Below are positions 27,191-37,057 of a stretch of 63,781 nucleotides of DNA, in pieces. Under the pieces are notes generated by a model that made no database searches, was not told the origin of the DNA, and saw only the letters and a list, made by a program, of their open reading frames with translations. Position 1 is the stretch's first letter. The number at the start of each line of letters is the position of its first letter. The DNA is from a virus (lineage: Duplodnaviria > Caudoviricetes): the IMG/VR virus record IMGVR_UViG_3300038309_000160, positions 1 to 63,781 of that record, one strand, 5' to 3'. The translations under genes and the position numbers were made by a program.

Positions 27191-30100
27191 TTATCGTAAT
27201 TCACCTAACTTAGCAATAGCTTTATCAATATTTTCTTGTGTAAAACTATCAATAGAAGCTGTTTTACCTGCCCATTGCTGACCAATTTTTGCATCAAGTC
27301 CAATGGTAAAACTTTTTCCTTTGTAGGTGAAAGTATAAGTTAAGTGATCTTTAATTATAAGAAGAATCTGGAGTAAGTTGGGAATTTGATCTTTGTGGAA
27401 TTGAAAAAGAATTGAGTCATGAACAGTTGTTAATAGCCTAATATCAAAGCCATCTTTACCAAGCCTGGGATCATTAGAAATTTTAATACTTCCACGATTT
27501 AAAAGTTCTGCCACAGTTGATTGTGGCTTATAACTGTAGGCATTGCGAAATAAAGATGGTCCCATATCTCCAAGAAAACGTCGAGGAGAATTAAATAAAT
27601 TGTATAAAATTCTTGATTTTTGTACTTCTTCTTCAATTGATTGATGCCACCGCTTTAAGCCTGGAAAACGATCTTGATAATTTTGAAGAAGTTTTTTACA
27701 TTCTGCTTGGGACATGAAAATTTCTTCTGTAGCCAGATTATCAGAAAAGGTTTGTGGTCCCATTGCATAGTTGCTTGCATGAACAACCTTTTTACCCATA
27801 TAGCGCATTGTACTTTTTTGATCTTTTTTAGTTTTTGATTCTTTAATAACTTCTTCAATAGGAACATTGAATATTTTACTTGCATTGAAAGAGTGGACAT
27901 CAATACCGGAGGTAAAAGAATCGATCATGTTAGCATCTTGGGTAAGATAAGCAACTACATGAGCTTCAGCTTTTGCAAGATCACATTCACATAAAATCCA
28001 ACCAGGATCAGATATAAGAAATTGCTTGAAAAGATACGGCTGATTTTGGAGGTTTGTATTACCAGTAATTTGAATATTTTTATTATTTCGTACAAGAAAA
28101 AAAGATGTTGGAGTTTGTAAACAATAAACCATTCCAGTATAATCAATTATTTTCCAATGTTGTTTATTTATTCTTGCATGAGTTCTTGGTTTGATATTAA
28201 TTGAGTATAAAGGTTTATTTTTTCCTTGACCATAGCCATTGTTATTATTATAATTGATCAATATTGTACAACTTTTACCAACTAAATGTGCTAGAGTACT
28301 TATAATTTCTACATTCTGTTCATTTGTAGTATAATAAATATAACTTTGTCCTCTACGATGAGCATCCCAGTATTTAATTTCATCTATAAAAGCTTCTTTA
28401 GCTTCTAAAGTTAAATCATACATCCAAGAACCAAGAGTTTTTCCATCAAAAAGAAATTTTTTAATTAAATTTGACCAATTAGATGATATACAAAAACGTC
28501 TATAACCAGAAGTAGCTTTCTGTTCAGTATAATCAATATTTCCAAGAGCCATTAATTTTAAAAATCTATTAATTTTATTTTTCTTTTTAAAAGAAACTCG
28601 AATATTTGATTCTTCAATAGTACAATCTGCTTGAACCATTGCAATTAAACGTAATAGTAATGGAGGTAATTCTTTTGTCCCATTAAAAGAACTTCCTAAA
28701 GGTAATAAACGCTCACTTAAACAAGATGTTTCATAAGCAGAATTAACACTAAAAGTTTTATGCCCAGGATGGTAAGATGGAATTCTGTGATCTGCAGTAA
28801 ATATTCCTTCAGTTTGAGTAGATTTTAATTGCATCATCTTAGAAAAATAAAATTCTTTATGTAATTTAGGAACACACCAAGATAATGAATCTGTTTTATT
28901 ATCCCATTGCATTGCTTGCATACCTTCTTGAAAATATTGTAACTGAATCCAACCATTTGGTGTTAATACTTCTGCTGAAGGTAATAAACATCCAGTTCCA
29001 AAAAAAGTCCTTTCAGTTGCTATCCGTCCAGATACTGTTCCAGAAATTTTATGACTACATCGAAGACGATTGTCATCATCTACTGGAACGTCAAAATAAG
29101 TTGATATCAATTTATTATATTTACGAATCTTAATTATCATTCGTGCTTCAATAGAGCCTTTAATATTCTTTTTTGCAATTCTATGTAGTGCTACAGTATC
29201 ACAGGATGCATTGCCTGTTGTACGATTTATATAAGGTTTAATCATACAAATACCATAAAAATAAGCAATCATCTGTTTTGATGAGGATGGATTTAATTCT
29301 TTACCAGCTATTTTATTCAGACCATGTTGAAGTGCTTTTACCCAACGTTCATATTTTTTTCGTGTTTCAATGATTCCTTTTTTATTAGTTAATATACCAT
29401 TAAACTCCATTTCCATCAATGGCTTATGAAGATCCATCATATAAGCCATAACATCAGTTGAATCGAATTCTTCTAATTCTTTGATTAGTGCCTCAGCAAT
29501 TGGAAGAAGATAAGCAGAATCTTTGGCATTATAAACCCAATATTGTGGCCAGTCTTTAATAACTTTAAGATGGGATTGTTTGCCTTCGTCTTTGTAATAA
29601 GGATAAAAAGTGTAGGCAGAGGTGAGATAATCAAGACCTTTTGGAAGCTCAGTATAACATCTGTGTTGAGCAAGCATAGTGTCAAAGAAGAAATTATCTG
29701 TTTTAATGTTCATCGTACGAAGAATAAACATTAAATCAAACATTCCATTCTGGCATATCTTCTTGATATTTGAATCATTTAAAATTTCAGCAACACCTTT
29801 CCATATTTTTACCTCCTCTTCAGGTGACCATATATTACCTTGGTTATTGAGAAAAGGTATTGACATGGAAACAATTTTTTCATCATAATAAATTGCAAGA
29901 GAAAAGCAAGTAATAAATTCTGGAGTACATTCAATATCAAAAGCTACATGCTCTTTTGTTTTAATTAAGGCATAAAATCTTAAAATTTCATCCAGAGTAG
30001 GATTTATCTTAATATCGGTAATGTCTTTTAATACATCTGGATTCTCAATTACTTTTAATGCCTTATTGAAATCAGCAATCATGGTATAGAAATGAATTGG

Positions 30101-30652
30101 CTGATTATATGACATTGTATGAGAAGGATGAAAAGAAAGACCAATAATTTTTCCTGCTAGTTTTTCTTTCAAATGTGGGAACATTTCAGCAGGATAAAAA
30201 CTACCACGATATTTGGATATTGAATCAAAGCGAGGTTCATCAATTAGGAGCTTCATTGGAGTAGCTCCAAGTAACATAATGAGCTTACCAGGAAATTTAG
30301 AAAGTTCCTCAATTAAACGGGTTTGTAAAGTTCCCCAATCAGGATGACGATAACCTTTTGAAGTCCAGAGATAATCTGTATCATTTTTTGGAAGCTTTGC
30401 TTTGCAGGCATTAGTTAGATATATTTGATATCTGGCTAAACGAACTGCTGCACATATACGATTAAGTTGACTTCCTGTAGGACCAACAAAAGGTTCACCT
30501 TTTAATAATTCGATGTCACTTGGAGCTTCACCTACCATCGCAATTATTGCAGAGTTAATATTGTCTGTTGGAGGACATTCTACAGCCAAGGCATCAAAAG
30601 AATTTTCTTTAGATTTTTTTGGTTCAGTAGATGTTATTTTTGGAATAATCAT
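27191..30652 (-). CDS. polA: Family A DNA polymerase with N-terminal family-4 uracil-DNA-glycosylase-like domain, 3'-5' exonuclease and an intein (probable start ATG 30652)
   Basis: UDG motifs MVGEAP..E...GEPFVGPTG, YLTNACK, FHPS; exonuclease motifs DIE, NGMFD, YNAKD; polymerase motifs DLAKAE, RYMGKKVVHASNY, TVHDS; AAGGA RBS before 30652. Confidence 0.9.
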   Translation of the reverse strand: MIIPKITSTEPKKSKENSFDALAVECPPTDNINSAIIAMVGEAPSDIELLKGEPFVGPTGSQLNRICAAVRLARYQIYLTNACKAKLPKNDTDYLWTSKGYRHPDWGTLQTRLIEELSKFPGKLIMLLGATPMKLLIDEPRFDSISKYRGSFYPAEMFPHLKEKLAGKIIGLSFHPSHTMSYNQPIHFYTMIADFNKALKVIENPDVLKDITDIKINPTLDEILRFYALIKTKEHVAFDIECTPEFITCFSLAIYYDEKIVSMSIPFLNNQGNIWSPEEEVKIWKGVAEILNDSNIKKICQNGMFDLMFILRTMNIKTDNFFFDTMLAQHRCYTELPKGLDYLTSAYTFYPYYKDEGKQSHLKVIKDWPQYWVYNAKDSAYLLPIAEALIKELEEFDSTDVMAYMMDLHKPLMEMEFNGILTNKKGIIETRKKYERWVKALQHGLNKIAGKELNPSSSKQMIAYFYGICMIKPYINRTTGNASCDTVALHRIAKKNIKGSIEARMIIKIRKYNKLISTYFDVPVDDDNRLRCSHKISGTVSGRIATERTFFGTGCLLPSAEVLTPNGWIQLQYFQEGMQAMQWDNKTDSLSWCVPKLHKEFYFSKMMQLKSTQTEGIFTADHRIPSYHPGHKTFSVNSAYETSCLSERLLPLGSSFNGTKELPPLLLRLIAMVQADCTIEESNIRVSFKKKNKINRFLKLMALGNIDYTEQKATSGYRRFCISSNWSNLIKKFLFDGKTLGSWMYDLTLEAKEAFIDEIKYWDAHRRGQSYIYYTTNEQNVEIISTLAHLVGKSCTILINYNNNNGYGQGKNKPLYSINIKPRTHARINKQHWKIIDYTGMVYCLQTPTSFFLVRNNKNIQITGNTNLQNQPYLFKQFLISDPGWILCECDLAKAEAHVVAYLTQDANMIDSFTSGIDVHSFNASKIFNVPIEEVIKESKTKKDQKSTMRYMGKKVVHASNYAMGPQTFSDNLATEEIFMSQAECKKLLQNYQDRFPGLKRWHQSIEEEVQKSRILYNLFNSPRRFLGDMGPSLFRNAYSYKPQSTVAELLNRGSIKISNDPRLGKDGFDIRLLTTVHDSILFQFHKDQIPNLLQILLIIKDHLTYTFTYKGKSFTIGLDAKIGQQWAGKTASIDSFTQENIDKAIAKLGELR
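28058..28990 (-). mobile_element. Intein (311 aa) in the DNA polymerase, with a degenerate LAGLIDADG-like endonuclease
   Basis: GTG|CLLPSAEVLTPNGW...TADH...VYCLQTPTSFFLVRNNKNIQITGN|TNLQN; internal LIAMVQADCT and FIDEIKYWDAH. Confidence 0.9.
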
Positions 30653-30665
30653 TATTCTTAATCCT

Positions 30666-30950
30666 TTATAATCTATCCTTTTGTATGCTTTCTGGATTAG
30701 GTGCTTTAATTTCTCTGTTACAATCAAGACAAAGATAAGATTTTACCCGAATAACATCAGCGCCAAGAATATTAACACTACTATAAAATGGTTCTTTTTC
30801 ATATCCTTCAGGCCAAGTTTTTCTGGCAAAAGAAAATTCAAGTGGAACAAGATTCTTATGTAAACAACAAAAAGATTTATATTTTGATGAATTTTCCATT
30901 ATTTGTCCTGATTTAAATTTATCCATTTTAATCCTCTTCATCCTCTTCAA
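30666..30950 (-). CDS. Small Cys-containing hypothetical protein
   Basis: CLH...CLDC; co-oriented with the operon. Confidence 0.5.
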   Translation of the reverse strand: MKRMKRIKMDKFKSGQIMENSSKYKSFCCLHKNLVPLEFSFARKTWPEGYEKEPFYSSVNILGADVIRVKSYLCLDCNREIKAPNPESIQKDRL

Positions 30951-31083
30951 TCATATTATCTTTTTCATCTTCTTCTCTGTCATGAAGTTCAGATAAACAT
31001 GGTTGATTAAAAGGTTTAGTACAGCATTCAGAATAAGTATTAAAATATTTACAATTGTCATAACACATTATAAAATCCTCCTT

Positions 31084-32493
31084 TTATAAGCCATCTACTT
31101 TAGCATTTATACCAAGATAATTCTGAAGGTTTGCATAAAATTGAGGAATATATTTCTGTGATTTATCACAACCAATTGGATGCATTTTAAATTTTGCAGC
31201 ACTAATAAGACAATTACCACTACCTGCAAAAGGACTTAAAAAAAGTGTACCTGGAGTACTGAGAGCTTTAAGAAAATGATCATAAAGTGCAATAGGTTTT
31301 TCCCATTGATGAATTCTTTGACTTGATGGAACAGTTGCCATGTCTACAGAAGATAAGAGACTTGGTGTATTGAATTGAGCTTCACCTTTACGAAAGAGTA
31401 AAAACATTTCCCAATTACTAATCATGTTTTTCTTTGGTTGATTTGTACTTCCACCAGCTTTAATCCAAACACCAGGCTGCTGGATATCAAAACCAATTTC
31501 TTTAGCAATACGATTAGTTTCTATATAATGTTCTTTCCCTGTCCAGCATAAAACCCAACTAGCATCGATCATTTTTTCATATATCAAAGGCAAATAATTA
31601 TAGTAAAATTCATAAAGTTCTTTTTCAGTCCAATCAATTGCCTTGCTTTCAATTTTTGAAGTCTTTCCGTATGTGGTATCAAAATTAATTGCATAAGGTG
31701 GATCAAGTTCAACTACTCCAACAGATGCAGGTGGAATCTTTTGAAGAAAAGTTTTATAATTTTCTGCTACATAAATTACTTTTATATTCTGATTGAATGA
31801 TTCTTCGTTATTAGAGGTTAATGAATCAACTTCTTCTCTTGCTTTAGCAGTTTTATCCAGAGCTTCTTTACCAATAGTATTTTTGGCAATATCCATATTA
31901 CCACTTTGAAGTTTCTTTAATCTTTCTTTTTCTTCATCAGTAAAATTATTCATTCTTTGAAGAGCTACAGCTTGCTTACCCATTGATTTATAAGCTTCTT
32001 TTGCTCGACCTTTAGTAGCTTGTTCTTTTAATTCAGGAAATATTTTTAATGCTTCAGCAAAAGCCAGGTCAGTTGAAAGGCCTCCTAGACTGCAATGAAG
32101 TCTTTTTGAAGTTTCACGATAACCCCATGGTTTTTTATTTTTTTCAGCTTCTGTTTTCCAATGATTGTGAAGTTTATATTTAAGTTCGATTTCCTCATGC
32201 CAAGCAAAAGGTTCTCTGTCCATATTAGACAAGAGTTCAATCAAAAAACTATCATCTTTACTAAGATTATCAACAACTCTAACTTCGATAGTCTCTTTGT
32301 TAAGTTTTTCCATCGCCCGGATTCGACGAAGACCATCGACTAGATGATTATTTGAATCAATAATAATTGGAGATATCTGACCAATTATACTGATGTTGTC
32401 AGCTAATTCATCAATACCACTAACTACTGTGCGAGTACGATCTTCTATGATGATATCAGATATTTTACGCTCTTCAATTTGAAATAATTGCAT
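31084..32493 (-). CDS. ParB-like CTPase/HTH fused to an N4C/N6A DNA methyltransferase (beta class)
   Basis: N-terminal SPIII...LVDGLRRIRA; HTH-like YRETSKRLHCSLGGLSTDL; DPPY before PFAGSG; HQWEKP. Confidence 0.85.
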   Translation of the reverse strand: MQLFQIEERKISDIIIEDRTRTVVSGIDELADNISIIGQISPIIIDSNNHLVDGLRRIRAMEKLNKETIEVRVVDNLSKDDSFLIELLSNMDREPFAWHEEIELKYKLHNHWKTEAEKNKKPWGYRETSKRLHCSLGGLSTDLAFAEALKIFPELKEQATKGRAKEAYKSMGKQAVALQRMNNFTDEEKERLKKLQSGNMDIAKNTIGKEALDKTAKAREEVDSLTSNNEESFNQNIKVIYVAENYKTFLQKIPPASVGVVELDPPYAINFDTTYGKTSKIESKAIDWTEKELYEFYYNYLPLIYEKMIDASWVLCWTGKEHYIETNRIAKEIGFDIQQPGVWIKAGGSTNQPKKNMISNWEMFLLFRKGEAQFNTPSLLSSVDMATVPSSQRIHQWEKPIALYDHFLKALSTPGTLFLSPFAGSGNCLISAAKFKMHPIGCDKSQKYIPQFYANLQNYLGINAKVDGL

Positions 32494-32523
32494 GATTTTA
32501 AATCCTTAAAAAAGGTTAGTTAT

Positions 32524-32775
32524 TTAAAGAGGGTCTATTTCAGAAAAATTTAAAGAAATTAATCTTTTTAATAATGGTCGATACTTTCCTATATAAAGCA
32601 TCTGTCTACTTATAAGTTGATAATAACCAAAAGTTTTTGTACATTCTTTTCTCCAATCTAAAGCTTGCCAAGTTATATGTGTTCCATCATTAGAAATTAC
32701 TTTAGCTGTTATTCTTCTTGTACCATATTGAAAACTAATTATATCATTTTTTTTAAGCTTAATTAGTTTTTCCAT
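32524..32775 (-). CDS. Hypothetical protein
   Basis: GGAG RBS; co-oriented. Confidence 0.55.
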   Translation of the reverse strand: MEKLIKLKKNDIISFQYGTRRITAKVISNDGTHITWQALDWRKECTKTFGYYQLISRQMLYIGKYRPLLKRLISLNFSEIDPL

Positions 32776-32788
32776 AAATAATCTCCAT

Positions 32789-33076
32789 TTAAAGATTTTT
32801 AAACTCCTTTTTAAATAATGCCAGCATTTCTGGAGAAAGTTTTTCTAATGCTTTTTTTGCTGCAATGGTTGGATCTTTCATCATTTTTTTACCTCGTTTA
32901 GTGCCACTATTTTTCGATATGTTATGCATGGCAGATTTGGTAATTCTTTGAGAGGATATTTTTGCAGCATTTAAAGCAGAAGTTCTGATTGTACGGACTT
33001 TATCGATTAAAGAGGCTTGTTCAGGATAAGACATCTCCAGAAATGATTTAACATAAATTCGATCCATTAAAGGCAT
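32789..33076 (-). CDS. Basic hypothetical protein
   Basis: AGGAG RBS; C-terminal AAKKALEKLSPE motif. Confidence 0.6.
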   Translation of the reverse strand: MPLMDRIYVKSFLEMSYPEQASLIDKVRTIRTSALNAAKISSQRITKSAMHNISKNSGTKRGKKMMKDPTIAAKKALEKLSPEMLALFKKEFKNL

Positions 33077-33097
33077 GGGAAGGCTCCTAAGAATTGT

Positions 33098-33559
33098 TTA
33101 TTTTTGTAGCCATTTTTTAAGCTGAAATCTTTTGATATAATATAAGGTTTTTATCTTTTCTCTTATGGTTTGAATAAATGTAAAAGGTGGAGCAAGATGA
33201 GGATTTAATCTTATTTCATCTTCTGGTTCAACTTTTCTAGCTGGCCTATTGATATAACTTTCAGGAAGCCATAAACAATCTTTGTAAATGCTTACTGGAT
33301 AAACATAACCAGATTTTTTAATTCTAATGAACTTATATTTACTTGGAAGATAATTAAAATTGTTTTTGCAAATACTTATTTTATTGATATACTCATAAAG
33401 AATCTCATAAGGTATATTTTCAAAATAAGGTTTCATTCCATCAATGATTTGAAGAATACCAATGTCTTTTTTTGTAAATCGGTATTGTAAAGTAATTTCT
33501 TCTGGTAACTTCATATCATTATCAAGTATCATTGCACTAAAACAAGAGTAGTATCTCAT
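33098..33559 (-). CDS. Hypothetical protein
   Basis: GAGG RBS; 153 aa. Confidence 0.55.
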   Translation of the reverse strand: MRYYSCFSAMILDNDMKLPEEITLQYRFTKKDIGILQIIDGMKPYFENIPYEILYEYINKISICKNNFNYLPSKYKFIRIKKSGYVYPVSIYKDCLWLPESYINRPARKVEPEDEIRLNPHLAPPFTFIQTIREKIKTLYYIKRFQLKKWLQK

Positions 33560-33572
33560 AACAATATACCTC

Positions 33573-33785
33573 TTAATTACCAGGCAAAGTTAGATCCTCT
33601 TTTTTGTACAAATAATCAGTGATTTTATCAAATTCATTTCTTTCAATAAGAATTTTGATTGAATCATATATTTTACGTAAGAAAATTGTTTGTTGTCCGT
33701 GATGGAATTTTTCCATAACGATATTATATGTTTCCGAATCTATCCAAGCTGTAGCTTTATTTTGGTCACCATGATCAGCAGTCAT
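33573..33785 (-). CDS. Hypothetical protein
   Basis: AGGAG RBS; 70 aa. Confidence 0.55.
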   Translation of the reverse strand: MTADHGDQNKATAWIDSETYNIVMEKFHHGQQTIFLRKIYDSIKILIERNEFDKITDYLYKKEDLTLPGN

Positions 33786-33787
33786 TT

Positions 33788-35665
33788 TTATTTCTCCTTA
33801 GTTAAAAGTTTAAAAAATTGTTCCTCGGTTACTTGTGGAATATTATATTTTAATGCTTTATCTATTTTTACTTTACCTGGTTCTTGTCCTACAATGAGAT
33901 AATTTGTTTCTCGGGTTACTGTAGAAGAAAATTCATAATCATAACCAGATAAGAATTCTATCATGGATTCTCTTGATTGTGAAAGAGTTCCTGTAATACA
34001 ATAAATTGCTTTTGCAGCTTTAGGTAATGGAGCAAAAGAAAAGTTTTCTAATTCAGCTTGAGCATCATTAAAAAGAACTGCACCAGTAAAAAAACTTTTC
34101 TTTGCCTGTTCGGAGATGTGAACATTCAATTTACCGGACTTAATATACTGGCAAAGTTTTAAAGTAGTTTTATAAGCCAATCCAGGCAAGCCTAAACCAG
34201 AGATGAAGTGGGCCATATTTTTTGTGCCCTTTACTTGCTGAACTTGCTGAATTATGTTTGTAAAAGTCTTTTCACCAAGAATAGAAAATGTTTCTATAGA
34301 AATATTATAAGCTACTGGATCAAGTAGTGCCCAAGGCTTAATTGAAAGGACTTTAAAAATTGTTTGGTTTTCAAGAAGTTTTTCAATAGTTCCTTCACCG
34401 ATGCCATCAATCATTATTCCTTTATTAGAATAAAAATAGGCAACGGAGACTATTAGTTTGGCTATACAATTAGAACCTGAACAAATTAAATGAACTCCAT
34501 CCATGGTTAAGGGTTCATTACATTTAGGACAAAAGGCCGGTAAAGGGCTTTTATAGCCGTTTTGCGGGGCTTCCTGGTTTTTAGGTAGAGAACTACCTGA
34601 AAAATTTTTTGTGGCCGTCACGGAGCTCTCCGGTGGCTTGCTGGCGTTTTTTTCGGCCGGTTCGTGGGTCTTTTTTAGAAAAACTTTATTGACCAAAAGA
34701 ATCTTTGGAATAATCTCGCCTGCCTTACCAACAACCAATTTTGAACCAATTTGAATCTGTTTATCTAACAACCATTGAGCATTATTTCCAGTTACACGAG
34801 AATTAATTGTGGAGCATAATTCAATTGGCTCATAAACAACAGTTGGTATGACTCTACCAAGGCGAGAGACGTTCCATTCAATATCAAGTACTGTAGTTTC
34901 TTTTGTCTGAATTGGTGGTTTCCAGGCGATGGACCAATTATTAGTCTGACCATTATGACTGGCTATAAGGCGAGACTTTTCATCTGCTACTTTGATCATT
35001 AGGCCATCCATAGGATAAATGGTTGACCATTCTGAATATAACCTAAGAAGAAGCTCACCAAATTCGTCAAGATTGCCAGAGTAGGTATATTCATAATTTA
35101 ATGGACCAAAATTATGTGGTATAGCTTTTATTTTTATAGGAGGTTCTTCATATTTTCTCGCTATCCATCCGGCAACCACATTTCTTGGATTCTTCCCAAA
35201 AGATGGTGACCAATCAGCCCAAGGGATAAGAAGCTCAATTGCTTGAAAATGTCTAAGTTGAAAAGTACACAATATGAAGGGAATTAAATGTGATTTGTCT
35301 TCACCTTGTTTGCCATCACCTTCAGCTGTGAGAATCCAACCATCTTTTGTTAAAGTTAATACTGCGGCACAGCCGTCATATTTAGGTTCTATAACAAGTA
35401 GCTGGTCACCAAATCTGGTAAGAAATGGTTTGAGATCAGTCATATTAAATGCTTTGTTTGTACCATAGATGGGATACTTATGAGTTGTTAAAGTTCCACC
35501 AATCAGAGGACTTTTTGCAGTATGATAAAGAAGCTCATTGGTAGGATCAATATTATAAAGCTGTTGCCAAAGCTGGTCATATTCATAATCGGTCATAAAT
35601 GGAATGCCGGCAGCATATGCTGTGTTGGCTTCGGAGATTTTTTGGATGAGTTCTGATTTAGTCAT
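33788..35665 (-). CDS. ligA: NAD-dependent DNA ligase
   Basis: MTDYEYD, EPKYDG, DGLMIK, AWK, SRLGR, KAGEIIPKI, CPKC Zn finger and a C-terminal BRCT (CITGTLS...TNYLIVG). Confidence 0.93.
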   Translation of the reverse strand: MTKSELIQKISEANTAYAAGIPFMTDYEYDQLWQQLYNIDPTNELLYHTAKSPLIGGTLTTHKYPIYGTNKAFNMTDLKPFLTRFGDQLLVIEPKYDGCAAVLTLTKDGWILTAEGDGKQGEDKSHLIPFILCTFQLRHFQAIELLIPWADWSPSFGKNPRNVVAGWIARKYEEPPIKIKAIPHNFGPLNYEYTYSGNLDEFGELLLRLYSEWSTIYPMDGLMIKVADEKSRLIASHNGQTNNWSIAWKPPIQTKETTVLDIEWNVSRLGRVIPTVVYEPIELCSTINSRVTGNNAQWLLDKQIQIGSKLVVGKAGEIIPKILLVNKVFLKKTHEPAEKNASKPPESSVTATKNFSGSSLPKNQEAPQNGYKSPLPAFCPKCNEPLTMDGVHLICSGSNCIAKLIVSVAYFYSNKGIMIDGIGEGTIEKLLENQTIFKVLSIKPWALLDPVAYNISIETFSILGEKTFTNIIQQVQQVKGTKNMAHFISGLGLPGLAYKTTLKLCQYIKSGKLNVHISEQAKKSFFTGAVLFNDAQAELENFSFAPLPKAAKAIYCITGTLSQSRESMIEFLSGYDYEFSSTVTRETNYLIVGQEPGKVKIDKALKYNIPQVTEEQFFKLLTKEK

Positions 35666-35668
35666 TCT

Positions 35669-35881
35669 TTAATCCTCAACAATATAAAATTGTTCTTCAA
35701 TATCTCTTGGAAAAAATGACCAGGAATTAGGATTTTTTCCTATTGTTAGAGTTACTCCTGATTCATCTTCTATTTTCATATGAGCAGCAAAAATTTTAAT
35801 TCCTTGAGAAGATAAGAATTCTTCACAAGCAATAAGTTTTTTATGTATAGGATGTTTTTCTGTAATATATTTTAAAGACAT
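35669..35881 (-). CDS. Hypothetical protein
   Basis: AAGGA RBS; co-oriented. Confidence 0.5.
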   Translation of the reverse strand: MSLKYITEKHPIHKKLIACEEFLSSQGIKIFAAHMKIEDESGVTLTIGKNPNSWSFFPRDIEEQFYIVED

Positions 35882-35893
35882 TTTTATTTTTCC

Positions 35894-36442
35894 TTATTTT
35901 ATAATCGTTAGCAACTTTTCAATTATTAAAGCATTTTTTTCTTTTTCAGATAAGTTTTCTACAGCTAATTGTTTTCCTGCATCGTTCCAAGGTTGAGGAT
36001 AGAGTATTGCCTGTCCACCATTTTTAATAAATTCTTTATAATTACGACTATGATCGTCAATTAAAACCGTACCCGAATGAGCACAAGCCCATTTTGCAGG
36101 TGTTAAAATATACTCACCCCGATTAAAAAAATCAGGTAAATTTTGTTCAATCCAGTTTTGTCTATATCCGGCACAACCATAGGCAGGACTACTTAAAAGA
36201 ATCACCTGACCATATTGTTGAAGTTTTTCAATAAAAGATTTTGCTTCTGGATAAAATTCTAAATATTCCCAAAAGATTGGAGTTTTAATTATGTTCCAAA
36301 AATCCTGCTGATCGACATCAAATAATTTTGGCATACAACCATAAGAGGTAACTTTTTCTGGATCATAAGGTTTGCCAAACCATTTAAACACACCTTGAAC
36401 CCAGTTTATAATTACTCCATCAAGGTCGAGAAAGATTATCAT
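35894..36442 (-). CDS. 5'(3')-deoxyribonucleotidase, HAD superfamily
   Basis: IFLDLDGV, LSSP, LIDD and PWN motifs. Confidence 0.85.
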   Translation of the reverse strand: MIIFLDLDGVIINWVQGVFKWFGKPYDPEKVTSYGCMPKLFDVDQQDFWNIIKTPIFWEYLEFYPEAKSFIEKLQQYGQVILLSSPAYGCAGYRQNWIEQNLPDFFNRGEYILTPAKWACAHSGTVLIDDHSRNYKEFIKNGGQAILYPQPWNDAGKQLAVENLSEKEKNALIIEKLLTIIK

Positions 36443-36495
36443 TTTAAACCTTTAAAATTTGGGCGTCCACAAATGGGCAAGCATTTGTAATGGCT

Positions 36496-36509
36496 GTTCA
36501 TCTGTGAAC
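36496..36509. repeat. GTTCA-N4-TGAAC palindrome
   Basis: GTTCATCTGTGAAC; a degenerate inverted copy lies at ~36461-36478. Confidence 0.8.
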
Positions 36510-36540
36510 GCCCATTTTTAAGAAATTAAATTACAAAAGA

Positions 36541-36963
36541 TTACACAATCCGCAAGATCTCATTCTTCGGAGGTCCGAGCTTAATCGGCTTACCGTCGTC
36601 ATCAGTACCCATACCATCATTGTAACTGATTTCAGCAGTAAACTCAAGACCTTTCAAATCTTCCTCAGAAGTCTCTTGTTCAGGGTCAAGACCCAGGGCA
36701 CGAAGAAAGTCTTTAACCATGCGCCACATGGTGTTATTCTTCTCTGCATCATCACCCTGAAAATCTTTGTAATTACCATACCAGAGAGTATGGAAAATGG
36801 AAGAAGCATCATCTTCTCCATCAATGTCAATGATCAGTTGACATCCATACCGGCCGGTCTTGGCACTCTTGGTTTCTTTAACCTTGGAAATGCGCAGCTC
36901 ATACTCACCAGCTTCTACAGGTTTCTTGTCCGGAATGTCAGACAGGTTGGGGATAAGGGCCAT
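36541..36963 (-). CDS. DUF669-like single-stranded DNA-binding protein (probable start ATG 36963)
   Basis: AGGAG RBS; PVEAGEYELRISKV...FLRALG; adjacent to the Sak4-like ATPase. Confidence 0.7.
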   Translation of the reverse strand: MALIPNLSDIPDKKPVEAGEYELRISKVKETKSAKTGRYGCQLIIDIDGEDDASSIFHTLWYGNYKDFQGDDAEKNNTMWRMVKDFLRALGLDPEQETSEEDLKGLEFTAEISYNDGMGTDDDGKPIKLGPPKNEILRIV

Positions 36964-37057
36964 GTTGTTTCTCCTTTTTTCTTTTGTTGATGTTTGAACA
37001 AAGACCGATTCTTTGTTCATTATAAGATATGCCTAACTACTCTGAAGGCGAGTTAAA

